A stretch of 64,000 bases of DNA from an uncultured Gemmatimonadales bacterium (GCA_963728705.1 CAVSLY010000017.1:58702-122701); one strand, 5' to 3'. Shown: positions 1-9,946, counted from the stretch's first letter. Notes: generated by a model from the letters alone, not told the origin. Program-made: numbers and translations.

Positions 1-679
1 GCGCTGCCAGGACTTCGATCCCGGTGTCGATGCCCTTGTGCGCCGCGAGCCGCGCCACCGTGAGCAGCCAGGGCCGCTCGCCCAGGCCGTAGCGGGCCCG
101 GACGTCACGACCATCCAGGCCGGGGAGGAAGCGATCGGGATCGGTGCCCAGCGGCAGCGTCCGGACTTCGACCTGGCCCGGTCGGAATCCCATCTCCTCG
201 AGCACCTGAAGACACAGCCGCCGGGTCCAGTCGCTGACACACACCAGTACGGCCGCGTGGCGGAGCGCGTAGGCCGCCGCGATGCGCTTCCGCGGCGAAT
301 ACCGGATGCGATGCTGGAGCAGCAGCAGCTCCGAGCCGTGAAGGAAGATACCGTACGGCGTGCCGGCACGCCGGTGGATCCACGCGGCCGGGAACCCGGC
401 CGGCTTGAGGTTCCCGCACCACACAAACCCGGGATCGAAGTCCCGGGCGAGCGCTCGCGCCCGCGGCGACCAGACGATGAGTCCCTGCACCGTGCGCAAC
501 CGTCGGCTGTCCATCGCTAGCCGGTCAACGCGGTTGGGGAACCGCGGGTCGACGGCCGCGGCGCCGGCGACCCGTCCGGTGGAGACAAGGAGGGACCCGG
601 CCGGATAGCGCATGGCCAGCTCGCCCATCATTCGAGCGATCCCGCCTCCCATGGGCGGGAAGTCATACGTGAGGAGCAT
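1..679 (-). CDS. Glycosyltransferase, GT-B fold / family 4 (N-terminal part; 3' end lies left of the window)
   Basis: Own minus-strand translation from ATG 679: MLLTYDFPPMGGGIARMMGELAMRYP...GSELLLLQHRIRYSPRKR...WLLTVARLAAHKGID. Absent from the ORF track because no stop lies inside the window. Begins 13 nt after the stop of the upstream GT gene. Confidence 0.7.
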   Translation of the reverse strand, partial: MLLTYDFPPMGGGIARMMGELAMRYPAGSLLVSTGRVAGAAAVDPRFPNRVDRLAMDSRRLRTVQGLIVWSPRARALARDFDPGFVWCGNLKPAGFPAAWIHRRAGTPYGIFLHGSELLLLQHRIRYSPRKRIAAAYALRHAAVLVCVSDWTRRLCLQVLEEMGFRPGQVEVRTLPLGTDPDRFLPGLDGRDVRARYGLGERPWLLTVARLAAHKGIDTGIEVLAA

Positions 680-692
680 GTGCCGAGACACG

Positions 693-1793
693 TTACCCCG
701 CGTCTTTCGCACAGACCGATTCGAGCGCCTCGACGTAGCTGCTGCGCATGACCTCGAGCGAGAAATGCTGCAGCGCCCGGCTCCTCCCCGCCGCGCCGAG
801 CGCGGCGCGGTGGCCGGGGTCGGCCAGCAGCTCGCGCACCAGCCCCGCGAAGGCGGCCACGTCGTCGACCGGCGCGAGCAGGCCCGCGTCCCCGAGCACC
901 TCGGGCACTGCCCCGCCCCGTACCCCAACGACGGCCAGGGAGCTGACCATGGCTTCGAGCACGCTCAACCCGAACGTTTCCACCGCTCCCGCGTGGACGA
1001 GGCAGGTGGCGGCGGCGTAGGCGGCGGGCACCTGAGCCCGCTCCAGCTGGCCGAGCCAGCGGATGTCCACTCCCAGCGCGCCGGCCCGGTCGCGCAGGCG
1101 CGCCTCGTCCCCGCCCTCGCCGCAGACGAGAAGCGGAGGCGCGTGGGTGCCCAGACGCTGCCATGCCTCGAGGAGAAAATCGTACCGCTTCTCGGGTGTG
1201 AGTGAGCCGATCGCGAGTGCGAACGGCGCCTCGCCGAGCCCGTGCGCGCGCCGGAAGGCGACGGCCGCCCCTGCGGCGGGCCGGAAGCGCTCCGGATCGA
1301 CCGCGCCGTGAATCACCCGGTGCGGCCGATTGAGAATGTAGGGCGCGAGCTGGAGGGTGCGGTCCGCGGACGCACGGCTCACGAAGACCGTGAGCCCCAC
1401 CCGGCGGTACGCCAGCCGGCTGAGCAAGTCGGAGGGCGGCCGCGCCCGGCTGAGGTTGTAGCGGTTCACGATCGCCAGAGGATGGCGGATGGACGCCAGC
1501 GCGGCCAGCCGCAGGTCCCGCGGCCGATCGACAAGGATGGCATCTGCCCCGATCCGGCGCAGGAGGCGCGCGATCGCGCTCGCCTCCCGCACGCCTGTGT
1601 CGCCGGCGGGAACCCGCGATGCCTGGAGGCCGAGCCGCGCGAACGCCTCGACCACGCCGTCGTCCCCGGCCATCAGATGCGCTCGGTGGCCGCGCTGCAC
1701 CAGACCCTCGGCGATGATGGCCAGGCTTGCTCCCGAGCCGCGCCAGGTGCGCGCGGAGGTGAGCAGTGCGACGGACAGCGGCCGCGCCGTCAC
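693..1793 (-). CDS. Glycosyltransferase family 4 (GT-B, group 1)
   Basis: Last 366 codons of ORF 693..2477. In-frame GTG at 1793 makes a GTGA overlap with the upstream stop (1790-1792). Motifs: LLTSARTWRGSG, GSLTPEKRYDFLLEAW, and E-x7-E in VETFGLSVLEAM. The longer N-terminal extension in the track is Arg/Pro-rich and overlaps the next gene. Confidence 0.85.
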   Translation of the reverse strand: MTARPLSVALLTSARTWRGSGASLAIIAEGLVQRGHRAHLMAGDDGVVEAFARLGLQASRVPAGDTGVREASAIARLLRRIGADAILVDRPRDLRLAALASIRHPLAIVNRYNLSRARPPSDLLSRLAYRRVGLTVFVSRASADRTLQLAPYILNRPHRVIHGAVDPERFRPAAGAAVAFRRAHGLGEAPFALAIGSLTPEKRYDFLLEAWQRLGTHAPPLLVCGEGGDEARLRDRAGALGVDIRWLGQLERAQVPAAYAAATCLVHAGAVETFGLSVLEAMVSSLAVVGVRGGAVPEVLGDAGLLAPVDDVAAFAGLVRELLADPGHRAALGAAGRSRALQHFSLEVMRSSYVEALESVCAKDAG

Positions 1794-2545
1794 CCGCGTC
1801 GTTCCAGCGCCCAGAGATGCGCGTACTTGAGAAACGCGGTGTATCCGCCGAGCACGGAGGTCACAAAGCCGAAGCGGCCGTCGAGCACACCGCCCTGGAG
1901 CAGATAGGCGCGCAGAAACCGCCCGACCGGATGGAAGCCGAGATCCCAGAGGCTGGCGCGCTCGCCGCGGTCGAACATGTCTTCCGCGCCCCAGCGGGCG
2001 TAGCGGTGCATCTTCTCGACTTGGTGCGCGAGGTCGCGGTAGGGCACGTGCCGCAGAGTGCCCGCGAGCCGGCCCGTGTCGGCCCCGGGCTCGAGTCCCT
2101 CGTGCACGCGGCGCTCGACGAAGCGCCGGTCGCGCGTAAACAACCGGGTGACCCAGTCCTTGCCCCAGCGGCCCCGGGTGAGCTCGCGTCCGAGGTAGAA
2201 GTTCTGCCGGCGGACCTGATAGACCTGGTGTGCCGGAGCGAGCAGGACCCCAGCCAGCTCGTCGCGCAGCACGTCGGACACGCGCTCGTCCGCGTCCAGG
2301 GCGAAGATCCACTCGTTGCGCGCCTGGCCGATGGCCGCGTTGCGCTGCGCGGCGATGGTCGGACCGGTCCGCTCGAGCACTGTCGCCCCCGCCTGGCGCG
2401 CCGCGGCGACGGTATCGTCGGTCGATCCGGCATCCGCCACGATGACCTCGTCCGCCCAGGCGTGGTGGCGGACGCACTCGCCGATCTGCGCGCCCTCGTC
2501 CAGGGTCGGAATGACGACGGTGAGCGGCACCGGTCGGCCGGCCAT
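1790..2545 (-). CDS. Glycosyltransferase family 2 (GT-A; LPS-core WaaE/KdtX-like)
   Basis: ATG 2545 in frame within ORF 1790..2989. Motifs: LTVVIPTLDEGAQIGECV, ADAGSTDDT, ALDADE (DXD). ATGA overlap with the upstream gene. Confidence 0.85.
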   Translation of the reverse strand: MAGRPVPLTVVIPTLDEGAQIGECVRHHAWADEVIVADAGSTDDTVAAARQAGATVLERTGPTIAAQRNAAIGQARNEWIFALDADERVSDVLRDELAGVLLAPAHQVYQVRRQNFYLGRELTRGRWGKDWVTRLFTRDRRFVERRVHEGLEPGADTGRLAGTLRHVPYRDLAHQVEKMHRYARWGAEDMFDRGERASLWDLGFHPVGRFLRAYLLQGGVLDGRFGFVTSVLGGYTAFLKYAHLWALERRG

Positions 2546-3411
2546 CACACCACGGTATAGTTGCGGAACTCGAAGACCCGGGCGCCGGTCAGCCGTTCGA
2601 TGATGTCGGACGCGTAGAAGCGGAGGAACTCGGGCTCGAAGTGCGGCGGTTCCACCCGGCGCTCCACGTCGTGCCGCCGCGCATCCACCCACTCCCGCGC
2701 GATCGCGGGATGCGTCCCCTGAAATCGGGTGAGGCCCGGAAACCACGGAAGCAGCGGCCGCCGAGCTTCCCGCTCGCGCGACCACGGGTAGATCACGCGG
2801 TTGGTCTCCCGCTTGGCCTTGAGCGCCTGCGTGGGACGGGCCCACCCATAGTGAAACATCTCGGCGCCGGTCACCCGCGCCCGGATCTTCCGAAGCTGGG
2901 GGCCGACGCGAAAACCCTGGGCGCCCTGGTAGGGGCGGATATCCAGCGCGGGGTCGAGACGGACGGCGCGCACCTCGCGCCGGTACCACCGTCGGTTCAC
3001 GGCGATGGTGTTCATGTCACCATAAAAGTGCTGGTATCGCACCAGCAGACCTTCCACCCGACGGTCGGCGTCGTGCCGCGCGATGGCCGCCGCCAACTCC
3101 TCGGCGCCGCGTTCGTGCAACACCTCGTCGGCCTGGATATAGATACCCCACGGATGGCGGCAGGCCCGCATGGCCCGCAGCGTCTCGTCACCGAGGACCC
3201 GGTTTCTGATGGTCATGTCCCACTCGGTCTCGAGAATCCGGACCTTCGGATCGTCGATCGACCGGACCAGCTCGAGCGTCTCATCGTCCGAGCGGCCGAC
3301 GTTCACCACCACCTCGTCGCATACCGGGAGGAGCGACCGGATGCTGGCGACGACCGGGAAATCCAGCTTGATCGCGTTCCGGACGATGGTGAATCCCGAC
3401 ACCCTGATCAC
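2545..3411 (-). CDS. Glycosyltransferase family 2-like protein
   Basis: ORF of 288 aa. N-terminus FTIVRNAIKLDFPVVASIRSLLPVCDEVVVNVGRSDDETLELV has the layout of GT-A enzymes. Embedded in the GT operon. Confidence 0.6.
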   Translation of the reverse strand: MIRVSGFTIVRNAIKLDFPVVASIRSLLPVCDEVVVNVGRSDDETLELVRSIDDPKVRILETEWDMTIRNRVLGDETLRAMRACRHPWGIYIQADEVLHERGAEELAAAIARHDADRRVEGLLVRYQHFYGDMNTIAVNRRWYRREVRAVRLDPALDIRPYQGAQGFRVGPQLRKIRARVTGAEMFHYGWARPTQALKAKRETNRVIYPWSREREARRPLLPWFPGLTRFQGTHPAIAREWVDARRHDVERRVEPPHFEPEFLRFYASDIIERLTGARVFEFRNYTVV

Positions 3412-3495
3412 GACGGTGCCTCCCCAGGAAGAGTCATGACGGGGAGGAATCTCGCCGCGCCTCCGGGCCCCAGCAACCGCCGAGACGGGAGCATC

Positions 3496-4632
3496 TCATC
3501 CCAGGCGGCGCGGCGGGGCAAGCGCGCCGGGGTCGAGGATGCTCTGGTAGAGTTGAAGCGTTTCCGCCACCGTCCGCTCGAGCGAGAAGGTCTCGCGGGC
3601 GGTGTGGCGGCCGGCGGCACCGAATCGCCGGGCGAGCTCGGCGTCTCCGAGCACGCGGTCGATCGCGCCGGCCCACGCGGCCGGGTCGAGCGGCGCCACG
3701 AGCAGGCCGTCGCCGCCGGGCGCCACGAGGTCCAGGTTGCCCGACGCGGCGGAGGCGATCACCGGCTTGCCGAGCGCCATCGCCTCGAGCAGTGACTGCG
3801 AGAACCCCTCGAACCGGGACGGCAGGAGGACCAGGTCGAGCAGATCGTAAAGCGGCCGCACGTCCGCGGTGAACGGCAGACACACCGCGGCGTGCGGCAG
3901 GGCGACTTTGCGGGCCGCCCGCGCGATCGGATCGGCGAGGTCGATGCCCGCGAGCACCAGTCGCACCGGCGTCCGCACCTGCGGCAGGGCGGCGAGCACC
4001 ACGCGCTGATCCTTGGGGCGCGCCACGATGCCCACGGTGCGCTGCGCCGGCGTCCACCCGATGCGCTCGCGCCACGCGTGCAGCTCCGCCGCACTCACCG
4101 GCCGGTCCACCCGGGCAGTCACGAGGCCGTTGGGAATGACCGCGAGCTTTGCGGCGGGCGTGCCTTTCCGCCGGAGCGCCTGCGCGACCGGCCGGCTCAC
4201 GGCAACGACCCGCGCCGCCGCCCGGCTGGCGAGCCAGTTCGCCAGGTAGAATGTCCGCGGCATCTGCCGGCGGGTCAGCACCAGCGGCACCGGCAGACGG
4301 CCGAGGATCGCCAGCCAGGTGAAAGCCTGCCGGTCACGCGCGCTCTGAGAATTGACCAGGTCGACCGGGTGCCGCGCGAGAAGCGCCGCGAGCCCGGCGG
4401 CGTTGGCGCGACGGGCGCCGGGGTGAAGCGCCAGCGGCAGCACGTCGAGCCCGCCCGCGCGGGCGAGCGCCTCGACCTCCGAATCCGGCGGACAGACGAA
4501 CCGGATCGCCACTCCGCGGCGCGCGAGGCCAAGCGACAGATGGAGCGTGGACGTGACGGAGCCGGCGCCTCCGCCCTGGTGCAGCACCTGCATGACGGTC
4601 GGGAGTCGCGAAGACGGCGTCGTCGGGGCCAT
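3496..4632 (-). CDS. Glycosyltransferase family 4 (GT-B, group 1)
   Basis: ORF of 378 aa. Motifs: VMQVLHQGGGAGSV and the E-x7-E region FEGFSQSLLEAMALGKPVIAS. Confidence 0.85.
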   Translation of the reverse strand: MAPTTPSSRLPTVMQVLHQGGGAGSVTSTLHLSLGLARRGVAIRFVCPPDSEVEALARAGGLDVLPLALHPGARRANAAGLAALLARHPVDLVNSQSARDRQAFTWLAILGRLPVPLVLTRRQMPRTFYLANWLASRAAARVVAVSRPVAQALRRKGTPAAKLAVIPNGLVTARVDRPVSAAELHAWRERIGWTPAQRTVGIVARPKDQRVVLAALPQVRTPVRLVLAGIDLADPIARAARKVALPHAAVCLPFTADVRPLYDLLDLVLLPSRFEGFSQSLLEAMALGKPVIASAASGNLDLVAPGGDGLLVAPLDPAAWAGAIDRVLGDAELARRFGAAGRHTARETFSLERTVAETLQLYQSILDPGALAPPRRLG

Positions 4633-4643
4633 CGCGGCGAGGC

Positions 4644-5479
4644 CTACGGCGCCTGCAGCCCGTGCGCGGTGCGCGTCGCCCGGCGGGCCCGATTCTCGTC
4701 GTAGAGCGCTCGATTGGCCGCCAGCTCTTCCGGCCGCGCGTAGGGACGTGCGTGTTCGAGGTGGAACACCGGCGCGGTGTAGCGAACCGACCTGCCGTGG
4801 ATCCCGTGCGCCTGGAGGCGGTGGCCGAGATCCGCGTCCTCGAATCCATAGGTGAACCGCTCGTCGAAGCCGCCGATCGCCCGCAGGTGCTCTGCGAAGG
4901 CCGAGGAATTTTCCCCCGCCAGCTCGGCTCGCGCGGAACCCGGCCGTTCATCCAGCGGCCCAGCCACGGCACACGACTCGCCGCCAGCCGGCGGCGCTTC
5001 CCCGCGTCCAGCCACCACAGCCCCAGGCTGTCGAGCAACCCCCGACGCACGTCGTCCACCGTGAGCCGGTCCGCCAGCCGCCGCGCCAGCGGAATCTTGC
5101 CGCCGGCCAGGTAGCTGTCCGGCCGGGCCGCGTCGAGGTGGATGGCGAGGCAATCGCTCCCCGCGATGCAGTCGCCGTCGAAGAAGACCAGGTAGTCGCC
5201 CTCAGCGGCCGCGATGGCCTTGTTCGTGATCGTGCATTTGCGGAATCCGGCGTCTTCATGCCAGACGTGACGCACGGGCACGGGCGCACCCGTCGCGGCG
5301 GCTGCGACCAGCGCCGCCGTCTCAGGCCCGCTGCCGTCGTCCGCGATGAGGATCTCGAAATGTTGGAGCGATTGCCGGTACAACCCGGCGAGGGCGAGAG
5401 CGAGAGCCCGCGGGTTTTCGTACGTCGTCACCACGACCGAGAGCCGCAGGCCCCGGCGACCGACCGGCCGCAGGGTCAC
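4644..5479 (-). CDS. Glycosyltransferase family 2, reading frame broken once (indel in a C5/G5 run at 4913-4917)
   Basis: N-terminal part lies in ORF 4334..5797 (LSVVVTTYENPRAL...ADDGSGPET...FFDGDC). C-terminal part lies in ORF 4644..5153 (ENSSAFAEHLRAIGGFDERFTYGFEDADLGHRL). The two join as SWRG|ENSS if the G run had one more base. GTG 5479 overlaps the upstream stop (GTGA). Confidence 0.75.
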
Positions 5480-6480
5480 GCGACTCCGCCGGCGAACTCG
5501 GCGACCTGCACGCCCCGCAGCAGCGCCGCGAGCCGGTGCATGTAGGTGTGCTCCGACAGCGCCCGCTGGCGCGCGCCGGCCGCCACCTGGTCGGCCCAGG
5601 CGCGATCGTGCAGCGCTTCCGACGTGAGCGAGCGCAGGTCCTGGGGTGAGCGGGCCACGAGGATCTCGGACCCCTCGCGGAAGTGGCAGTGGATGTCGGG
5701 ATGCTCCTCGACGACCTGGGGAACGCCGATGGCGGCGAGCTCGAACAGGCGGCGGCTCGCCCCCAGTTCCCCGCTGCCGTCGTGCCCCTCGGTGCACGCG
5801 ACGTTCACGGCGACCGACGCGCCGGCGTAGGCGCGGATGTAGTCCTCGTGGCTCAGCAGCTCGCCCCGGCAGTAGTCGCGCAGCCTGGTCCGCCGCCAGC
5901 CAGGCCCCCAGACCGCCACCCCGAACTCCACCAGCTCGAAGAGCTGCCGCTCGCGGTGCGGCGTGGCTGTGCCCGCGAAGACCACGTTGGCGCGATAGCG
6001 GTCGCGGGCGCGCATGGGACGGTGGATGGACGGGTCGCAGCCCGCGGGCAGGTAATGCACCGGCGGATTACCGACTTGGTCGAGTGCCTCGACGGTGGCG
6101 GAGTCGGCCACGAAGATGGCGTCGTAGGCCGCGGCGAGCGGCCGGATGTCTTCGGGGGAGCGGCGCGCGTCGCAGAACCAATTGGCCCACGATGGCCCGC
6201 CGCCATGGCGCAGCGACGCCACCATGGCGGCGTCCACCGGGCTGCCCTCGAGCACCAGCACGAGCGCCGGCGTGGTGCTGGCGATGGCGCGTGCCAGGCG
6301 GTCGTGGAGTCCGACGCGCCGGAGCCGGGTCAGCCAGCCACCCGTGCCGATCAGGTTCAGCGTGGCGACGCGGCAGCCGAGCCGCTCGAGCGCGCGACGG
6401 CGCAGGCCGGCGTGAGCGTGGAGGGCATCGTCGAAGGCGCCGACGAGGAGCACGTGGGGTTGAGGAGTGTGGGTCGCCAC
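5476..6480 (-). CDS. CgeB-like / DUF3880-type glycosyltransferase
   Basis: ORF 5476..6537; likely start is GTG 6480 (VATHTPQPHVLLVG). The C-terminal half (ANVVFAGTATPHRERQLFELV...SRRLFELAAIGVPQV...HTYMHRLAALL) resembles the CgeB/Glyco_trans_1_2 family from memory. Confidence 0.55.
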   Translation of the reverse strand: MATHTPQPHVLLVGAFDDALHAHAGLRRRALERLGCRVATLNLIGTGGWLTRLRRVGLHDRLARAIASTTPALVLVLEGSPVDAAMVASLRHGGGPSWANWFCDARRSPEDIRPLAAAYDAIFVADSATVEALDQVGNPPVHYLPAGCDPSIHRPMRARDRYRANVVFAGTATPHRERQLFELVEFGVAVWGPGWRRTRLRDYCRGELLSHEDYIRAYAGASVAVNVACTEGHDGSGELGASRRLFELAAIGVPQVVEEHPDIHCHFREGSEILVARSPQDLRSLTSEALHDRAWADQVAAGARQRALSEHTYMHRLAALLRGVQVAEFAGGVA

Positions 6481-6533
6481 GAAACGAAAGTAAGGGTTGG
6501 GATCTCGATTACAACCCGTGCCGCGACCTATGC

Positions 6534-8366
6534 TCAAATGCTGGCGGTGAGCGCGGGCTCCTGGTCGCGGAACTGCAGATCGTAGAGGCGGCGATAGAGG
6601 CCGCCGGCACGAAAAAGCTGATCGTGCGTGCCGCGGTCCACCACGCGGCCGGCGTCGAGCACGACGATTTCGTCGGCGTCCCGCACGGTGGCCAACCGGT
6701 GAGCGATCACCAGCACGGTCCGGTCGGCCATGAGGCGGTCGATCGCCTGCTGCACCAGCCGCTCGGATTCGGTGTCCAGCGCGCTCGTGGCCTCGTCGAG
6801 GATGAGGATCGGCGGATCTCGGAGCAGCGCCCGCGCGATGGCGATCCGCTGGCGCTGTCCGCCCGAGAGCCTGGTGCCGCGCTCGCCGAGGACCGTGTCG
6901 TAGCCGTGCGGGAGCTGGGCGATGAACAGGTCGGCGTTGGCGGCCCGCGCGGCGGCCTCGATCTGTTCCCGGGTGGCGCCGGCCGATCCGTAGGCGATGT
7001 TCGCCTGCACCGTATCGTTGAGAAGAACCGTATCCTGGCTCACGACACCCATGAGCGCGCGGAGCGAGCGGCGGGTGAGACTGGTGAGCGGCACGCCGTC
7101 CATGGTGATGCGCCCGCCGACCGGATCGTGGAACCTGGGCAGAAGGTCCGCGAGCGTCGTCTTCCCCGCTCCGGACGGTCCGACCAGTGCCACGACCTTG
7201 CCCTTCGGCAGCGTGAATGAGACGTCGCTCAGCACTGGATCGCCCTGGTCGTAACGGAAATCGACTCCTTCGTAGGCCACCTCCCGCTCGAAGCGCGCCT
7301 GGCCCTCTCCCGGATGGTCCACTTCGACGCTCGGCTCGTCCAGCATCTCGAACACCCGCTCCGCGCTGGCGAGCGTCACCGCCATCACCGCCGGATACGA
7401 GCTGATGGTCTTGAGCGGCGAGGTCAGCTTGAGCGCCGCGATCAGGAAGACGATGATCGTCTCGGGCGCGAGTGGCGCACCCAGGCCGATGAGCGCGGGC
7501 CGGGTGCCGGCCCAGATGATCAGGATCACGAGGAAACCCGAGAACACCTCGGTCAGCGGGCTGGTGAGCGACGAGAAGCGCTGAGTCCGGATCACCTGTT
7601 TCCGGTAGCGCGTCGCCTGGGCGGCGAAGCGAGCGCTCTCGCGCGCCTCCTCGCCGTAGGCGCGAATCAGGCGCACGGCGCCGATCCGCTCGGTGATCGT
7701 CGCGGTCACCTCCCCGCGCTCGTGCGCGCGGGCGCGGGCGTGCTGGCGCAGACGCTTGAGGAGGGTCTGGAGCACGAGGACCATCACCGGCACGCAGGCG
7801 AGCGTCAGCAGGGTGAGCCGGAGCGAGATCTGGCTCAGCACCACCAGCGTCGTCGCCACGACCACGACGTTCTGGAACAGCTGGATCAGCGACGCGGTGA
7901 CGACCGTCTTGGTCTGGTCTACCTCGGTGATGATCCCCGAGATGACCTGCCCCGCGCGGGTGCGCTGGAAGTAGCCGAGATCGAGCGTGAGCAGGTGGTC
8001 GAACACGCGGGTGCGGAGATCGCGCACCAGCCCCTCCTGCACGCCGACCGAGATCTGGGTCGACGCGTAGCCGAGCAGATTCTTGAGCAGCAGGCCGAGC
8101 ACGAGCAGCACGACCAGCCGTCCGGCCGCCGCCCCGGGCGTCAGGCCCGACACCAGCGGCTCGGTCAGGCGCGCGACCAGCGCCTCGAGCTGCGTCGAGC
8201 CCGCGCGGAGCTGGCCCGCGGTACCGAACAGGTGCTTGAGGAGCGGGATGAGGATGACCAGCGTGAAGCCGTCGAGCAGCGAGGCCAGGAAGGTCGTCAC
8301 CAGACCCAGGCCAAGGAGCCCCCGGTACGGGCGGGCCAGCCGGAGGAGGCGCCGCTCGGTTCGCAC
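6534..8366 (-). CDS. msbA: Lipid A/lipid export ABC transporter, fused permease-ATPase (MsbA family)
   Basis: ORF of 610 aa with a six-helix TMD then an NBD. Walker A GPSGAGKTT, signature LSGGQRQR, Walker B ILILDEATSALD. Confidence 0.85.
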   Translation of the reverse strand: MRTERRLLRLARPYRGLLGLGLVTTFLASLLDGFTLVILIPLLKHLFGTAGQLRAGSTQLEALVARLTEPLVSGLTPGAAAGRLVVLLVLGLLLKNLLGYASTQISVGVQEGLVRDLRTRVFDHLLTLDLGYFQRTRAGQVISGIITEVDQTKTVVTASLIQLFQNVVVVATTLVVLSQISLRLTLLTLACVPVMVLVLQTLLKRLRQHARARAHERGEVTATITERIGAVRLIRAYGEEARESARFAAQATRYRKQVIRTQRFSSLTSPLTEVFSGFLVILIIWAGTRPALIGLGAPLAPETIIVFLIAALKLTSPLKTISSYPAVMAVTLASAERVFEMLDEPSVEVDHPGEGQARFEREVAYEGVDFRYDQGDPVLSDVSFTLPKGKVVALVGPSGAGKTTLADLLPRFHDPVGGRITMDGVPLTSLTRRSLRALMGVVSQDTVLLNDTVQANIAYGSAGATREQIEAAARAANADLFIAQLPHGYDTVLGERGTRLSGGQRQRIAIARALLRDPPILILDEATSALDTESERLVQQAIDRLMADRTVLVIAHRLATVRDADEIVVLDAGRVVDRGTHDQLFRAGGLYRRLYDLQFRDQEPALTASI

Positions 8367-8368
8367 CG

Positions 8369-9934
8369 TCAGCCGGTCCGAGGCGTCAGCAGCGCGATCG
8401 GGAGAATCACTTCCTCGGGCGAGACACCGCCGTGGAGGAAGGCGCCCCGGTAGCGCGCTTGATACTCGCGCAGCTTGGTGGGATAGACGAAGAACCGGTC
8501 GCCGGTGGCCAGCAGCAGCCGGGTGCCGGGTGTGCGCGCGGGCAATCCGAAGCTCGCCAGGTCCTCGACGACCAGCGCCGCGTCCGCGTCCTGGGCCCGG
8601 AGGTCGTCGCCGAACTTATACCGCAGGTTGGAGGTCGTGTCGCGCTTGGCGTAGACGGTGGCGGGGGTGTGGCAGTGGATCGAGCCGTGATCGGTCGTGA
8701 GCAGGACCGGCACGCCCCGCCGCTCCGCCTCCCGCAGCGCGTCCCAGAGCGGCGAGCGCTCGAACCAGGTGCGGGTGAGGTTCCGGAGCGCCGACGTGTC
8801 GCGGGCCACCTCGTAGAGCGTCGAGTTCTCGGTCCGCCCATGGGTGAGCTGGTCGATGAAGTTGAAGACCAGCGCGGTCACGCCGTCCTGCGCCAGGTGG
8901 GCCGGCAGTCGCTTGAGGAGCCCGTCGCCGTCGGCGGCCGTAAACACCTTCTCGTAGTGGACGGGAACGTTGCGCCCGGTCAGCTCCTTCAACTGCTCGG
9001 TGAGGAGCTCCGCCTCGTGCGCGTTGAGGCTCGACTCCTCGCTGTCGGTCCACCACTGCGGGTAGCGGGCCTTGATTTCCGCGGGAAAGAGCCCGCTGAA
9101 GATGGCGTTCCGCGCGAACGGCGTCGCGGTGGGGAGAATCGAGAAGTAGTGGGCGGTCTCGATGTCGAACCGCGCGCTGATGAGCGGGCGGATCATGGCC
9201 CACTGGTCCAGGCGGAGGCAATCGACCACGACGAGCAGGACCCGCCGGTGCGTGTCGAGCACCGGTCGCAGAAACTCGGCGCCGATGTCCACCGAGAGCG
9301 GTGGTCGGTCGCTGTCGCCGTCGTGCAGCCAGCGGGCGTAGTTGCGCTGCAGGTACTTGGCGAAGTCCTGCCGGAGGCTCTCCTGCAGCGTCCGGAGCGC
9401 ATCCTGGAGCCCGGGTTCGTCCGCCTGCCCCAGCCGCACTTCCCACTCGGCGAGCTCGGCCACGAGCTCGACCCACTCGCGCCACGCCATCGGCCCGCCG
9501 CGGCGCGCCTCCAGCTCGCGGAAGCGGGTCGCGAAGTCGCGCGAGAGCCGCTGCTGCCGGATCCGGTCCCCGTCGAGCAGCCGGGTGACGACCGAGAGGA
9601 TCTGGCGGGGGTTGACCGGCTTGATCAGGTAGTCCGAGATGTCGGAGCCGATGGCGTCCTTGAGCGTCTCGGTCTCCTCGCTCTTGGTCACCATGACCAC
9701 CGGCATGGCGTGATCCAGGGCCCGAATGGCCCGGAACAGCTCCAGCCCCCGGCGGCCCGGCATCTGCTCGTCGAGCAGAACGACCCCATAGGGTTGGCGC
9801 TGGAGCAGGACGAGGGCGTCGTCGCCGTGAGTCGTGGTCTCGACGGCGAATCCCTGCTCTTCCAGGAAGAGAACGTGGGACGTGAGGCTTTCGACCTCAT
9901 CGTCCACCCAGAGGATGCTCTTGGGACGGGGCAT
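8369..9934 (-). CDS. Response regulator with C-terminal PglZ (alkaline-phosphatase superfamily) domain, PorX-like
   Basis: ORF of 521 aa. CheY receiver (ILWVDDE...VVLLDEQMPGRRG...ITKS-type VMVTKSEE). PglZ core (LLVVVDCLRLDQW...LLTTDHGS...FLHGG). Stop lies 2 nt before the msbA start. Confidence 0.8.
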   Translation of the reverse strand: MPRPKSILWVDDEVESLTSHVLFLEEQGFAVETTTHGDDALVLLQRQPYGVVLLDEQMPGRRGLELFRAIRALDHAMPVVMVTKSEETETLKDAIGSDISDYLIKPVNPRQILSVVTRLLDGDRIRQQRLSRDFATRFRELEARRGGPMAWREWVELVAELAEWEVRLGQADEPGLQDALRTLQESLRQDFAKYLQRNYARWLHDGDSDRPPLSVDIGAEFLRPVLDTHRRVLLVVVDCLRLDQWAMIRPLISARFDIETAHYFSILPTATPFARNAIFSGLFPAEIKARYPQWWTDSEESSLNAHEAELLTEQLKELTGRNVPVHYEKVFTAADGDGLLKRLPAHLAQDGVTALVFNFIDQLTHGRTENSTLYEVARDTSALRNLTRTWFERSPLWDALREAERRGVPVLLTTDHGSIHCHTPATVYAKRDTTSNLRYKFGDDLRAQDADAALVVEDLASFGLPARTPGTRLLLATGDRFFVYPTKLREYQARYRGAFLHGGVSPEEVILPIALLTPRTG

Positions 9935-9946
9935 GAGGCAAATATA

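Noticed and set aside
693-2477. 594-aa ORF suggesting a much longer glycosyltransferase
   Set aside because: The first ~228 codons are Arg/Pro/Gly-rich with no fold signature, and they overlap the well-supported GT2 gene (1790-2545) in another frame. An in-frame GTG at 1793 with a GTGA overlap gives a normal-sized GT4.
3419-3447. CCTCCCC-N15-GGGGAGG hairpin between two GT genes as an attenuator or terminator
   Set aside because: It is a short 7-bp stem with a large loop and no U-tract, inside an operon. That is too weak to call.
5646-7220. 524-aa plus-strand ORF antisense to the CgeB-like gene and msbA
   Set aside because: Extremely Arg/Pro/Ala-rich translation typical of shadow ORFs on the antisense strand of high-GC genes. 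The opposite strand carries clear motif-bearing proteins.
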